49,848 nucleotides of DNA from Octopus sinensis (lineage: Eukaryota). The DNA lies in assembly GCF_006345805.1 (NCBI RefSeq), contig NW_021829890.1:1-49848 (forward strand), in the 5' to 3' direction. The notes under the pieces are model-generated. The model ran no database searches. It was given only the letters and a program-made list of their open reading frames with translations, and had not been told where the DNA came from. The position numbers and the translations under genes are program-made. Below are positions 26,373 through 37,791 of this stretch, in pieces; position 1 is the first letter of the stretch, and every line of letters starts with the position of its first letter.

Positions 26373-26448
26373 GATGATGATGATGATGATGATGATAGTG
26401 GTGGGGATGATGATGATGATGATGTGATGATGATGATGATAGTGGTGG

Positions 26449-26485
<37 letters not shown>

Positions 26486-26493
26486 AGTGGTGG

Positions 26494-26527
<34 letters not shown>

Positions 26528-28000
26528 GATGATGATGATGATGATAGTGGTGGGGATGATGATGATGATGATGATGATGAAGATGATGATGATGATGATG
26601 ATAGTGGTGGGTGGGGTGACGATGAGGAGGAGGGGAAGGAGGAAGAAGATAATGCTTATGACGATGACGATGGCGATGTTGATAATAATGATGGTAATAT
26701 ATTTTTGAGTGTGTGTGTGTGTGTGTATGCTTATGCATGTATGCATGTATTTACGTATGTAGCTGTCGGTCTCTCTGTCTATCAATCTCTGTCTGTCAGT
26801 CTCTCTCTCTTTCTCTCTCACTTTCTTTCTCTGTCTCTCTCTCTTCTTGTCCTTCTCTTCTCATTTTCTCTACATATTGAACAATTTCACTCACACCTCT
26901 CCCTCTCTTCCCCTCACTTATCCCTCTCACCTTCTCTCTCTCCCTCACTTATCCCTCTCTCCTTCTCTCTCTCCCTCTCTTATCACTCTCTCCTTTTCTC
27001 CCTCCCTCTCCCTCCGTCTCCCTCACTATCTTCTTGTATTTCTCTCCTATTCTATCTCTGTATATCGAAGTGTTTCATACATTCCTCTCCCCTTCTCTCC
27101 ATTTCTCTCCCTTTCATATCCCCCTCCCCCTCTCTCACTCCCTTTTTATCCCTCTCTTCTTCTCTTCTTCCCTCCTCCTTTCCCTTATTCTCTCTCTCTC
27201 TCTCTCCTTTCCTATATTTCTCTCCCATTCTACCTTTGTATATCGAACTATTTCACACACTCCTTTCTCTCACTCTCCCTATCTCCCCGCTCTCTCTTTC
27301 ACTCACTACATCTCTCTCTCTCAACCCCCTCTCATCCACCCTACCTCTCCATTTCCATCTCCTTTTACTATTACACTCTCTCCACCCGTAAGCCACCCGC
27401 TCTTATCTACTCTTGTACCCTATCTTCCTTTCCTTCAAGTCATTTAAAATGCGATGTTATCAACAACCTCACACGTCAAGGGATTTTTTATATTTTATTT
27501 TCATTTTTGGTTTGTATTTTCATTTTTTTAGCCTCGGTAATCTGCCGTTGTTACTGCTGCAAATGCTGCTGTTTCTATTGCAGCTGCTGTTCTTGCTGCT
27601 GCTGTTATAGATTTCTGGATGCAGTTATTGTTGTTGCTGTTGTAGGTGTTGTTGTTTTGCTATTGAAATTGTTGTTGCTGTACGTATTATTGGTTTTGTT
27701 GATGTTGCTGTTGTTGTTGCTGTTGTTTTCTGCTGTTTTTGTTTCAATATTTTTCATTGATGCTGCTGCTGCTTCTACTGCTGCTCTTTTGGTGCAATTC
27801 TATTTTTTATTGTTGTTGTTGTTGATGTTGCTGTTATTGTTCTACTTCTTGTTCTTGCGGTTCTTTCTATTATTTTTGCTCTCATTATTGCTGCTGCTGC
27901 TGTTGTTGCTGTTGTTGTTGTTGCTGCTGCTGTTGTTGTTGTTGCTGTTGTTGTTGTTGTTGTTGTTGTGTTGTTGTTGCTGTTACTGTTGCAGTCGTTG
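26320..28000. repeat. Compound low-complexity block: (GAT)n, polypyrimidine, (TTG/CTG)n
   Basis: Seen directly; explains the long poly-His/Met/Leu ORFs. Confidence 0.92.
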
Positions 28001-28257
28001 CCGTCGTCGTTACCGAGGTAATCGTCACCCCAGGGTATATGAACACACCTCTTGCAACAAGTGCTGATCGCAACAGATTAAAGCCTCAACGCCAGCCGGC
28101 CAGCCAACCTGCCAACCAACCAACGGGACAGCAAGCCAACCACCACCCGACGAACCAGACAACCATCTACCCATCCACACTTCCATATAGATGGCGACGA
28201 AGAGATATTACCGCAGTTAAAATATCTTTAAAACTAGGGTATAACCACCAACATAGA

Positions 28258-28595
28258 AAGGCTCATGGCTCAGTGGTTACAGCGATGAGCTCACAATCAC
28301 GAAGTAGTGAGTTCGATTCGCGTACCAGGCTGTGTGTTGTGTTCTTGAGTAAGATACTTTATTTCACGTTGCTCCAGTTCACTCAGCTGTGGAAATGAGT
28401 TGCAACATCACAGGTGCCAGGCTGTATCGGCCCCTTTGCGTCTCCCTTGGATAACATCGGTGGTATGGAGAAGGGGAGGATGGTATGCATGGGCTATGCT
28501 CTTCCCTGAAACAACCTTGCCTAGACTTGTGCCTTGGAGGGGAACTTTCTAGGTACAGTCCTATGGTCATTCATGACCGAAGGGGGTCATTAACC
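28258..28595 (+). mobile_element. Family C-related SINE with a different 3' part
   Basis: tggctcagtggt A box, gagttcgattc B box, gtgttcttgagtaagatactttatttcacgttgctccag body. Confidence 0.7.
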
Positions 28596-28721
28596 CCAAA
28601 TATATTTGGAATATATTTTGCTTCTCTGGTTAATAACGAGTAATGGCTGAGCAAAATAATTATAATTCTACTCTTTTTATTTATTTTTTTTTTCAAATTT
28701 CATGGATGGTGAAATGAATTA

Positions 28722-28945
28722 GGCGCAGGCATGGGTCAGTGGTTAAGAAGTTTGCACCGCAACCACCTGATTTCAGGTTCAATTCCACTGTATAGTAACT
28801 TGCGTGTCTTCTACTATTGCCTTATGAGTAAATTTCACAGAGACAGGTACTTTGTGATTGAAGCAAGTAGTGTATATGTGTTTGTAAACATACATATGTA
28901 TATGTACATGTGTGTACATGTGCATATATATATATATATATATAT
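28722..28945 (+). mobile_element. Diverged family B SINE head; its TA tract hosts the hammerhead element
   Basis: ggcgcaggcatgggtcagtggttaagaag...ggttcaattccactg...gtcttctactattgcc. Confidence 0.6.
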
Positions 28946-29143
28946 AAGTAATACTAAGCAATAAAGGGTTTAGCAACGAATTGCCTTACCACAGACCGAA
29001 TTTAGAAATAGCAGTCAAAGAGTTATAGCTATTTCTTCTACTAAAAAGGGAGATCTCAGTAAAAAAACACAGCAATTGGAAGGCAGACACAAACAGGTAA
29101 GAGAGAATGAATTGACGGCAATCTATCATACAATTTTAAGTTA

Positions 29144-29243
29144 TCTACGGACGCACGTTTCGAAATCAAGGTTTTAGGAAAGCATAAGAATTAAATATTA
29201 AATAATTCTACCTTACCCAAACTTCTTTTCTCTTCAGCGTAGA
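29144..29243 (-). ncRNA. Type I hammerhead ribozyme, copy 1
   Basis: Minus strand reads UCUACG-CUGAAGA-GAAA...UUUC-GAAA-CGUGCG-UC-CGUAGA: 6-bp stem I, intact CUGANGA and GAAA core, stem II, GUC cleavage triplet. Confidence 0.85.
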
Positions 29244-29739
29244 ATACTATAATCATAAATGATTATATATTGAATTTTGAGATACTAGAAGGCACCAACT
29301 CAACTCAGTATCAGAGCGAGCTAGAATCCGCAACTAGTATCACCAAATTCAAAGTGTGAATGAAAGGATTGTGTCACCAGCCCCTTCCCACCCGCGTGTA
29401 GCCAAAAAAAGATGCTATGGTCATCTACTGAGATAAAATATGGTTATCCGTAATAATGAAGGGTGAAATTAATTAATTTGGAATAATTATCAATTACACC
29501 AAGTAGTCTTCGGCATGTAAAAGCCTCATTCGAGGAAAATTTAAGTAATACTAAGCAATAAAGGGTTTAGCAACGAATTGCCTTACCACAGACCGAATTT
29601 AGAAATAGCAGTCAAAGAGTTATAGCTATTTCTTCTACTAAAAAGGGAGATCTCAGTAAAAAACACAGCAATTGGAAGGCAGACACAAACAGGTAAGAGA
29701 GAATGAATTGACGGCAATCTATCATACAATTTTAAGTTA

Positions 29740-29839
29740 TCTACGGACGCACGTTTCGAAATCAAGTTTTTAGGAAAGCATAAGAATTAAATATTAAATA
29801 ATTCTACCTTACCCAAACTTCTTTTCTCTTCAGCGTAGA
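29740..29839 (-). ncRNA. Type I hammerhead ribozyme, copy 2
   Basis: Same core and stems as copy 1, offset by 596 nt. Confidence 0.85.
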
Positions 29840-30355
29840 ATACTATAATCATAAATGATTATATATTGAATTTTAAGATACTAGAAGGCACCAACTCAAC
29901 TCAGTATCAGAGCGAGCTAGAATCCGCAACTAGTATCACCAAATTCAAAGTGTGAATGAAAGGATTGTGTCACCAGCCCCTTCCCACCCGCGTGTAGCCA
30001 AAACAAGATGCTATGGTCATCTACTGAGATAAAATATGGTTATCCGTAATAATGAAGGGTGAAATTAATTAATTTGGAATAATTATCAATTACACCAAGT
30101 AGTCTTCGGCATGTAAAAGCCTGTTTGTGTCTGCCTTCCAATTGCTGTGTTTTTTACTGAGATCTCCCTTTTTAGTAGAAGAAATAGCTATAACTCTTTG
30201 ACTGCTATTTCTAAATTCGGTCTGTGGTAAGGCAATTCGTTGCTAAACCCTTTATTGCTTAGTATTACTTAAATTTTCCTCGAATGAGGCTTTTACATGC
30301 CGAAGACTACTTGGTGTAATTGATAATTATTCCAAATTAATTAATTTCACCCTTC

Positions 30356-30398
<43 letters not shown>

Positions 30399-30555
30399 CT
30401 GTGTCATACCATAATATATTTTATTCTCCGATTTAAAGCGACAATTTATGAATACAAACAAATGGCTGAAAAATGATTAGCAAACTCCAGCCATAATGAA
30501 ACCCACAAATCAACGCTAACATGGCTCCTTGCACATCTGATTGTCTACAAATATT

Positions 30556-30559
<4 letters not shown>

Positions 30560-30646
<87 letters not shown>

Positions 30647-30647
30647 C

Positions 30648-30678
<31 letters not shown>

Positions 30679-30729
30679 ATATATCTATATATATATATAT
30701 ATACATACATATATATATTATATATATAT

Positions 30730-30784
<55 letters not shown>

Positions 30785-30786
30785 AT

Positions 30787-30856
<70 letters not shown>
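30560..30856. repeat. (TA)n microsatellite
   Basis: Seen directly. Confidence 0.95.
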
Positions 30857-30857
<1 letters not shown>

Positions 30858-31222
30858 CTTTTGTTCATTTATTCTTTTACTCGTTTCAGTTCAAATTTAC
30901 AGAAAACAAGAGACTAAGACAGCTGAATGGACGATAAGCATGTGCAATAGTTAGGATAGCAAAAACCTTTGACGTTTCGATCTTATGCACTTCGACAGAA
31001 TGGACTGAGAAGAAAACAATGGATAAAGAAAAATAGGTGTAGGAATTAATGGTTCAACATAATGAAAATGCATGTGTGTGTGTGTGTGTGTGTAATACAA
31101 GAATAAGAATAGAGAAAAATCACATCTTTAAGTAGTGATTACACTATACGATGCCATACAAGTTCATTTATATGTACGCATTTCCTGTATATTTGTAGTT
31201 TACCCCATAATTGTGGATGCGC

Positions 31223-31279
<57 letters not shown>

Positions 31280-31509
31280 CGCGTATCTGTGGCTCTCTTG
31301 TGTGTCTGTCCGGACGGACGGGCGGAGAGTTGATGGGTGGATGGCAGGTGGGAGGGAAACGGTAGGCTAGATAATTTGGACGGATAGATTAGAGAATAGC
31401 CCTGGAACCATCGGAGCACTTTGTATCCTGAACCAGCGCAGACTTGGTTCTTGTGGCCAAGACGCGTCACTCTGAGTCCGCTTAGTCCTCACTGCTAGTG
31501 ATACCACAG

Positions 31510-31800
31510 AGAAGCGTAGTTCACTGTTGTAACCGGTGGTAATCTAATGTAGGGTAATGTTCACAGTTGTAACCAGAAGCAGCATAATATCATATCGTTT
31601 ACTATTGTACTCATCGGTGATATAATATTGTGTAGGCCACTCTTATAACCAATGGCAGTGTAGTGTGGTACAGTTCACTCTTTTAGCCAGTGGCATCAAT
31701 GTGGTACAGTTCACTCTTGTAGCCAGTGGCATCAATGTGGTACAGTTCACTGTGGAAACATCATGCGATTCAGCTCAATGTAGTAGCCAGTGGCAATATT
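31510..31800. repeat. 36-bp minisatellite, homogeneous at 31664-31752
   Basis: gtggtacagttcactcttttagccagtggcatcaat units. Confidence 0.8.
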
Positions 31801-33639
31801 ATGAATCTACTGCATTTTTCGAATATATGTGGGACCAAGTTCAATTCCCCTCGTAGGCAAACTCTGCAAGAGACCAGCGTCCTATCCAGGGTAACATACT
31901 CTTCTCATCCTACTTAACACTCCCTACTGATCTTTGTCATTCAGATACGCAATTAGTTTTTACCTTTTCCTTTTTTATTTTTTTCTGTTTCGGCTTTTCC
32001 CCGGTACTAGAAGAACTAAAGTAAAATGATTTCAGTGAGATTTGAAAGCAGAAACACAAAGTCGCGAACACGTTAATATCAAGCAGCCTCTCTATCACCA
32101 TACAGTGATGAAAACGACATGAACATCTTTGATCTGTTGTTAAATAAACTATAGATTATATGAGATTCCAGTGCAGTGAAATATTCGAAAGAAGTAATAA
32201 ATCAAAGAGGAGATATATGGGAAACAAAATCAATATTTCTGAATTGAAATGATCCAGAATTCATGTAAGACATTGTTTCTGAGTCGGACATATTTAATCC
32301 AACAAGAAAATTGAATATAATTAAATGTAAAGCGAATGTGTTTCACGTAAAGAAAAACAAAATTATCGACGCTTCGAGCGACAGACGTTCTTCAAATTAG
32401 AGAACATCAAATTAGAGAATATTCTTGTATTATCTTTCTTTTGAGCTACGGAAGGTGATGGCAGTACAAGGGATGTGAAAGTGAGTTCAATACACATGAA
32501 GAATTAAATCATAAAGAATAAAGGGTCAACAGCCGGAGTTTCAGAAAGTATCTGCAACAGTATTGATCCAACAACACAGAACTGCTTGTCCAATACCAGA
32601 TGCGTTTGAGAAGTAAGAATACCACCAGTTAGACGATTTCATCTATCCCAGTAGTTAACTGATGTTATATTTTATCGACCCCAGTATGTGCGGGAGCGGA
32701 GAGAGTAAAAGAAAAATTTTACATCGGCAAGATTTGAACTCAGAAAGAAGAAAGCCGAAACATATACTGTTGAGATTTTTTTTCCAACGCCCTAATGAAT
32801 CTGCTAGCTCTTATAATTATAATAATAATTTACGATTCTGCCAGCTCATGAGACCTCATGAATACCACAGCTTCGGCTTAAAGATCTCCCATTTAAAAAA
32901 AATGTAATTTGTTTTTCAAAAAGCGATAGTTTATGTTGAAAAATACATTTTATCGCTTTAGCATATTTTTCTAGAAAAACAAATAACTATATATAACTAA
33001 TCGATAATCCATTTAAATCATCAGTATTTCTGCATTTTGGATAATCGATTGTTGATTCTAGAAACTTCAGTCAATCGTCAGGAGAACAGAGAAACTATAA
33101 ACAACGGTTTGAAGCCATCAAAATCAACATCCACAGAAAACAAGATGGCGGAGATCTGTGATCACATCACGTGAGCATTTAGGTTCTGCCTGCTAACTTT
33201 CAATAGCGTGAAGGCATTAGACAATGGAGAAAGCTAGAAATAAGAGACTAGTTTTATTTATGAAAGCAGTTATAGTGTGATAATTAGATGGAAATTAATA
33301 CCCAAAATTTTTGTAAGGCATGGATCTGTGGTTAAGAAGTTCGCTTCGCTTCCACGTGGCCTTGGGTTCAGTCCGACTGCCTGACAGCATGGGCATCTTC
33401 TACTAAATCTCAGAGCCGGTCAATATCTTATGAGAGAATTATACAAAGACAAAATCTCTGTAGAAGCTCCTCCTCTGAGTGCACGTATGTGTATACATAT
33501 ACGTATATATATATATATGTATATATGGAGGCACATGGTCTAGTGGTTAGAACAACGGACTCGCGATTGAGATATCGCGAGTTTGAATCTCAGACCGGAC
33601 GATAAGCCAGGCGTGGCTCGAGAAGGAACAAACAACAAC

Positions 33640-33732
<93 letters not shown>

Positions 33733-34041
33733 TATATTAATATATACTCTCTTACTTTCATACATACATATACACATGCATACATACATACAGACAGACA
33801 TACACACATGTGTCCTCTTCTATTTTCAATTAATTAAATTCTCCTCTGAGGAAGGAGCTGCTTCCTAACAAAGATACAAAGCTCCATCGTTCGAATGTAG
33901 ATAACGAAAACTATGTCACGTTCTAAACTTGAGAAAAGTCTTGCACATTTTTACTGTAACCCTTATAAATTGTTTTTTGCAATATGTGTGTTGGTTGATT
34001 TCTTATTCTGAAAATTCACGCTCATCCAGATTGTTAAATAA

Positions 34042-34072
<31 letters not shown>

Positions 34073-34273
34073 TGTATGTATGTATGTATGTATGTATGTA
34101 TGTATGTATGTATGTATGTATGTATGTATGTATGTCATTGTTTAGTTTAATTCAAGATTTCTTGCCAATAGTGAAAGATGAGGAGCAAATCCCAAGACGT
34201 TCAACGAATCATGAAATGTTTGATCATATATTTTTCTCAACTTTACTGGTTCGAAAAATGTAAGTACCAGTCA

Positions 34274-34660
34274 TAGGCGCATGCGTGCTTGTGTGGTAAG
34301 AAGATGGTTTCCCAACTACATGGTTCAGGGTTCAGGGTTCAGTCCTGCTGCGTGGCATCTTGGGCAGGTGTCTTCTACTGTAGCCTCGGGCCGACCAAAG
34401 CCTTGTGAGTGGATTTGGTAGACGGAAACTGAAAGAAGCCCGTCGTGTGTGTGTCTCTGTGTGTAGTGTCTGTGTTTGTCCCCACACCATCGCTTGACAA
34501 CCGATACCGCTAGGTTTACGTTCCCGTAACTTAGCGGTTCGGCAAAATAAACCGATAGAATAAGTACTAGGCTTGCAAAGAATAAGTCCTGGGGACGATT
34601 TGTTCACCTAAAGGCGGTGCTCCAGCAGGGCCGCAGCCAAATGACTGAAACAAGCGAAAA
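34274..34660 (+). mobile_element. SINE family B
   Basis: Full head-to-tail match with a short internal (GT) tract. Confidence 0.85.
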
Positions 34661-34879
34661 AATAAATATGCGTGTAGGGGGCGGGGTGTATCACACTGGA
34701 AGATAAGAAATATTTTTTTTTGTTTCTACATTGCATTGTCATAAACAAGAACATTTTTGGTCAAGGATTTCCTGGTCCATGTCAACCTGTGGCTAAACAA
34801 TAACAACATAAACAACAACTACAATAACATCAACACCATCACCAACACCATCAACGACAACATATATATACATAATATA

Positions 34880-34947
<68 letters not shown>

Positions 34948-35221
34948 TATATATACATATATATTATGATATATAATACAACTAAGAAAATGGAGAAACA
35001 AATTTAGTTTGTTCATCAACTTCGGATATTAGACTGTTGAATTATTTATTCATTTAACAAAATGAATACCTTAATATCATACATATATATCTTATAATTC
35101 AATACATATAAGATAAGAATACAAATTATAAAAGTCATAATATAAATTATTGAAATCAAATGCTATCCCATAGTGGGTTACACCCATAACCCCTATCCTA
35201 CTTTGTACTATATATATATAT

Positions 35222-35660
35222 AGGCGCAGGAGTGGCTGTGTGGTAAGTAGCTTGTCTACCAACCACATGGTTCCGGGTTCAGTCCCACTGCGTGGCACCT
35301 TGGGCAAGTGTCTTCTATTATAGCCTCGGGCCGACCAAAGCCTTGTGAGTGGGTTTGGTAGACGGAAACTGAAAGAAGCCCGTCGTATATATGATATATA
35401 TATAATATATATATATATATATTATATATATATATATATAATATATATATATATATGCGTGTGTGTGTTTGTGTTTCTGTGTTGTCCCCCTAGCATTGCT
35501 TGACAACCGATGCTGGTGTGTTTATGTCCCCGTTGCTTAGAGGTTAGAATAAGTACTGGGCTTACAAAAGAATAAGTCCCGGGGTCGAGTTGCTCGATTA
35601 AAGGCGGTGCTCCAGCATGGCCGCAGTCAAATGACTAAAATAAGTAAAAAAGTAAAAGAG
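35222..35660 (+). mobile_element. SINE family B
   Basis: aggcgcaggagtggctgtgtggt...gggttcagtccc...(TA)n...gcagtcaaatgact...gtaaaagag. Confidence 0.9.
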
Positions 35661-36311
35661 TATATATATATATATATATACATACATACATATATGATAT
35701 ATATATACATACATATATGATATATATATACATACATATATGATATATATATATATACATATATATATGATATGTATATATATATATATACATATATATG
35801 TGTGTGTGTGTATATGCAAAGAACTTCGTTTGCATGAGTGCGTGTTATGTGTATATATATGTGCATATATGTGTAAATAGACATTGCACACCAACTTCAC
35901 ACAATTTTATAATTAAACACCTACACCGATGTACGCATGTCCTTCATATAGTAGGAAATATGTTGAAATAGATCCAGAAATGACCGCCGTAGCTGACTTC
36001 ATTTGGTCCCCATGGCCGAGCTGTCATGATGTTATCTCCCCGACAAAAGATAGTGGGGTGCCTTCATCCAGACACCGGAAGTTAACATTTCAACTTTACA
36101 AGTGAAACGATGGTAAACATTGTTGCAATTTCCGGTTCGTGATTTTCGTCTGTATTGTACGTACACACACACGCCCACAAACATACGCAAACACACTCAC
36201 ACCCCACAAACACACGCAAACACACACACACAAACATATATATGCACACGTAATTATATAAACACATACGCATATTCACACATACAAATATGTGCTTGTG
36301 TGTATATATAA

Positions 36312-36351
<40 letters not shown>

Positions 36352-36440
36352 GTACACACACATATATATGTGTGCGTATGTTTGTATATACATATATATG
36401 TGTGTATGTATATATGTGTGGTATGTATATATATATATAT

Positions 36441-36475
<35 letters not shown>

Positions 36476-36520
36476 GTAAAGAGTAAGTAGGAACGGAATA
36501 TATGTGTGCATGTATAGAAG

Positions 36521-36552
<32 letters not shown>

Positions 36553-36622
36553 CAGAGAGAGAGAGAGAAACAGAAATAGACGCAAATCATTTCTTAGTCT
36601 CTTTTCTCTCTATCTCTATCTT

Positions 36623-36710
<88 letters not shown>

Positions 36711-36865
36711 CACATACACAAAGGGACACAGATCATCTCGTAACGTTTACATTGTAAGTTCGAATGCCGCCGAAAGCAAGCTTTCCTTTCGACCTGCCGA
36801 GATCGATAAAATAAAACACCCGTTGGGTTACTGATGTCTGGCACTTTGCCTACTTTCTTTCTCTC

Positions 36866-36911
<46 letters not shown>

Positions 36912-37348
36912 TCCAGCTATTACATTAATTGATGTCCTGCTGAGTCGATGGTGCCACAGCGGAGCCGGTGCCTATATCAACTCATGACTCCTAAAACAAA
37001 GGCGGAAGTAATCTATACATTACGATCAAGTGCCATACCGCTTTCTGACGACTCGGAAGAATCAGCCAATACAAACCTTTATATTGAGGCTTATGACTGT
37101 GCTCCCTAACCTTAGCCCTATCAAAGACTTTGCCTTCTTTAAATGATTTTTACTACGGATCCCGGGCATTTTTAAAGGTCTCTCTTTTCAGTAAAATTGT
37201 GAGTCCAATTAGAGAGGTTCAGCTTTGTTTAAAGTCGTAATGTTTGTATACCTTATACCTGCTTTTCATATGCTCGTGCTCATTATACGTATAGACAGAC
37301 AGAAAGACAGACAGACAGACTGACAGGCAGGCAGACAGACAGACAGAC

Positions 37349-37390
<42 letters not shown>

Positions 37391-37791
37391 TAGATAGATA
37401 GATAGATAGATATGTTTCTTTATTAGCCACACAGGGCTGCACACAGATAGAACAAATTACAAGGTAGAGCTTTTCTTTTGAAGGTTTTTAAAAAAAAAAA
37501 AAAAAAGGAAGGGGGAGTTTCGATCAAAAGGGATCGTAAAAGGAGAGAAAGAGGACAAAAAAAGGGGGGTTAAAAAAAAAGGGGGAGAGGAAAAAAAAAA
37601 AAAAATTGATCAATAGGGATCGTTATCACAGAAATGTCAATATGAAGTGTAAAGGAGAGGACAGGTGAGGTTTACCCGTGGAAAGAAAAGCCTACGGAAA
37701 AGACCACGGTAACCTCGGTCAATGGAGTCACATGTTATATTTTTTTTTTTTTTTTTTGCAAATAAGCAACTCTCTGTTTTCAATTCTGGGC

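Larger units (their letters stand above)
28945..30360 (-). mobile_element. Non-coding hammerhead-bearing tandem/inverted element (retrozyme or Penelope pseudo-LTR-like)
   Basis: Near-identical direct repeats 28945-29541 and 29542-30121, then 30120-30360 as an inverted copy of ~29453-29693. (TA)n on both flanks; one hammerhead per direct unit; no coding ORF. Confidence 0.8.

Noticed and set aside
26306-28073. Long ORFs (406 aa, 228 aa, poly-His/Met/Gln)
   Set aside because: Translations of simple repeats that lack stop codons; no domain content.
30433-30954. YI/IY-repeat ORFs here and throughout the window
   Set aside because: (TA)n, (CA)n and (GATA)n artefacts.
30965-31002. Minus-strand CTGTCGA...GAAACGTC (related sequence near 44935)
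   Set aside because: Core mutated, stem II weak and stem III absent; possibly a Penelope-like relic but not supportable.
32100-32640. Possible old LINE fragment (DGSTRDVK-like peptide)
   Set aside because: Too degraded to assign without a database search.
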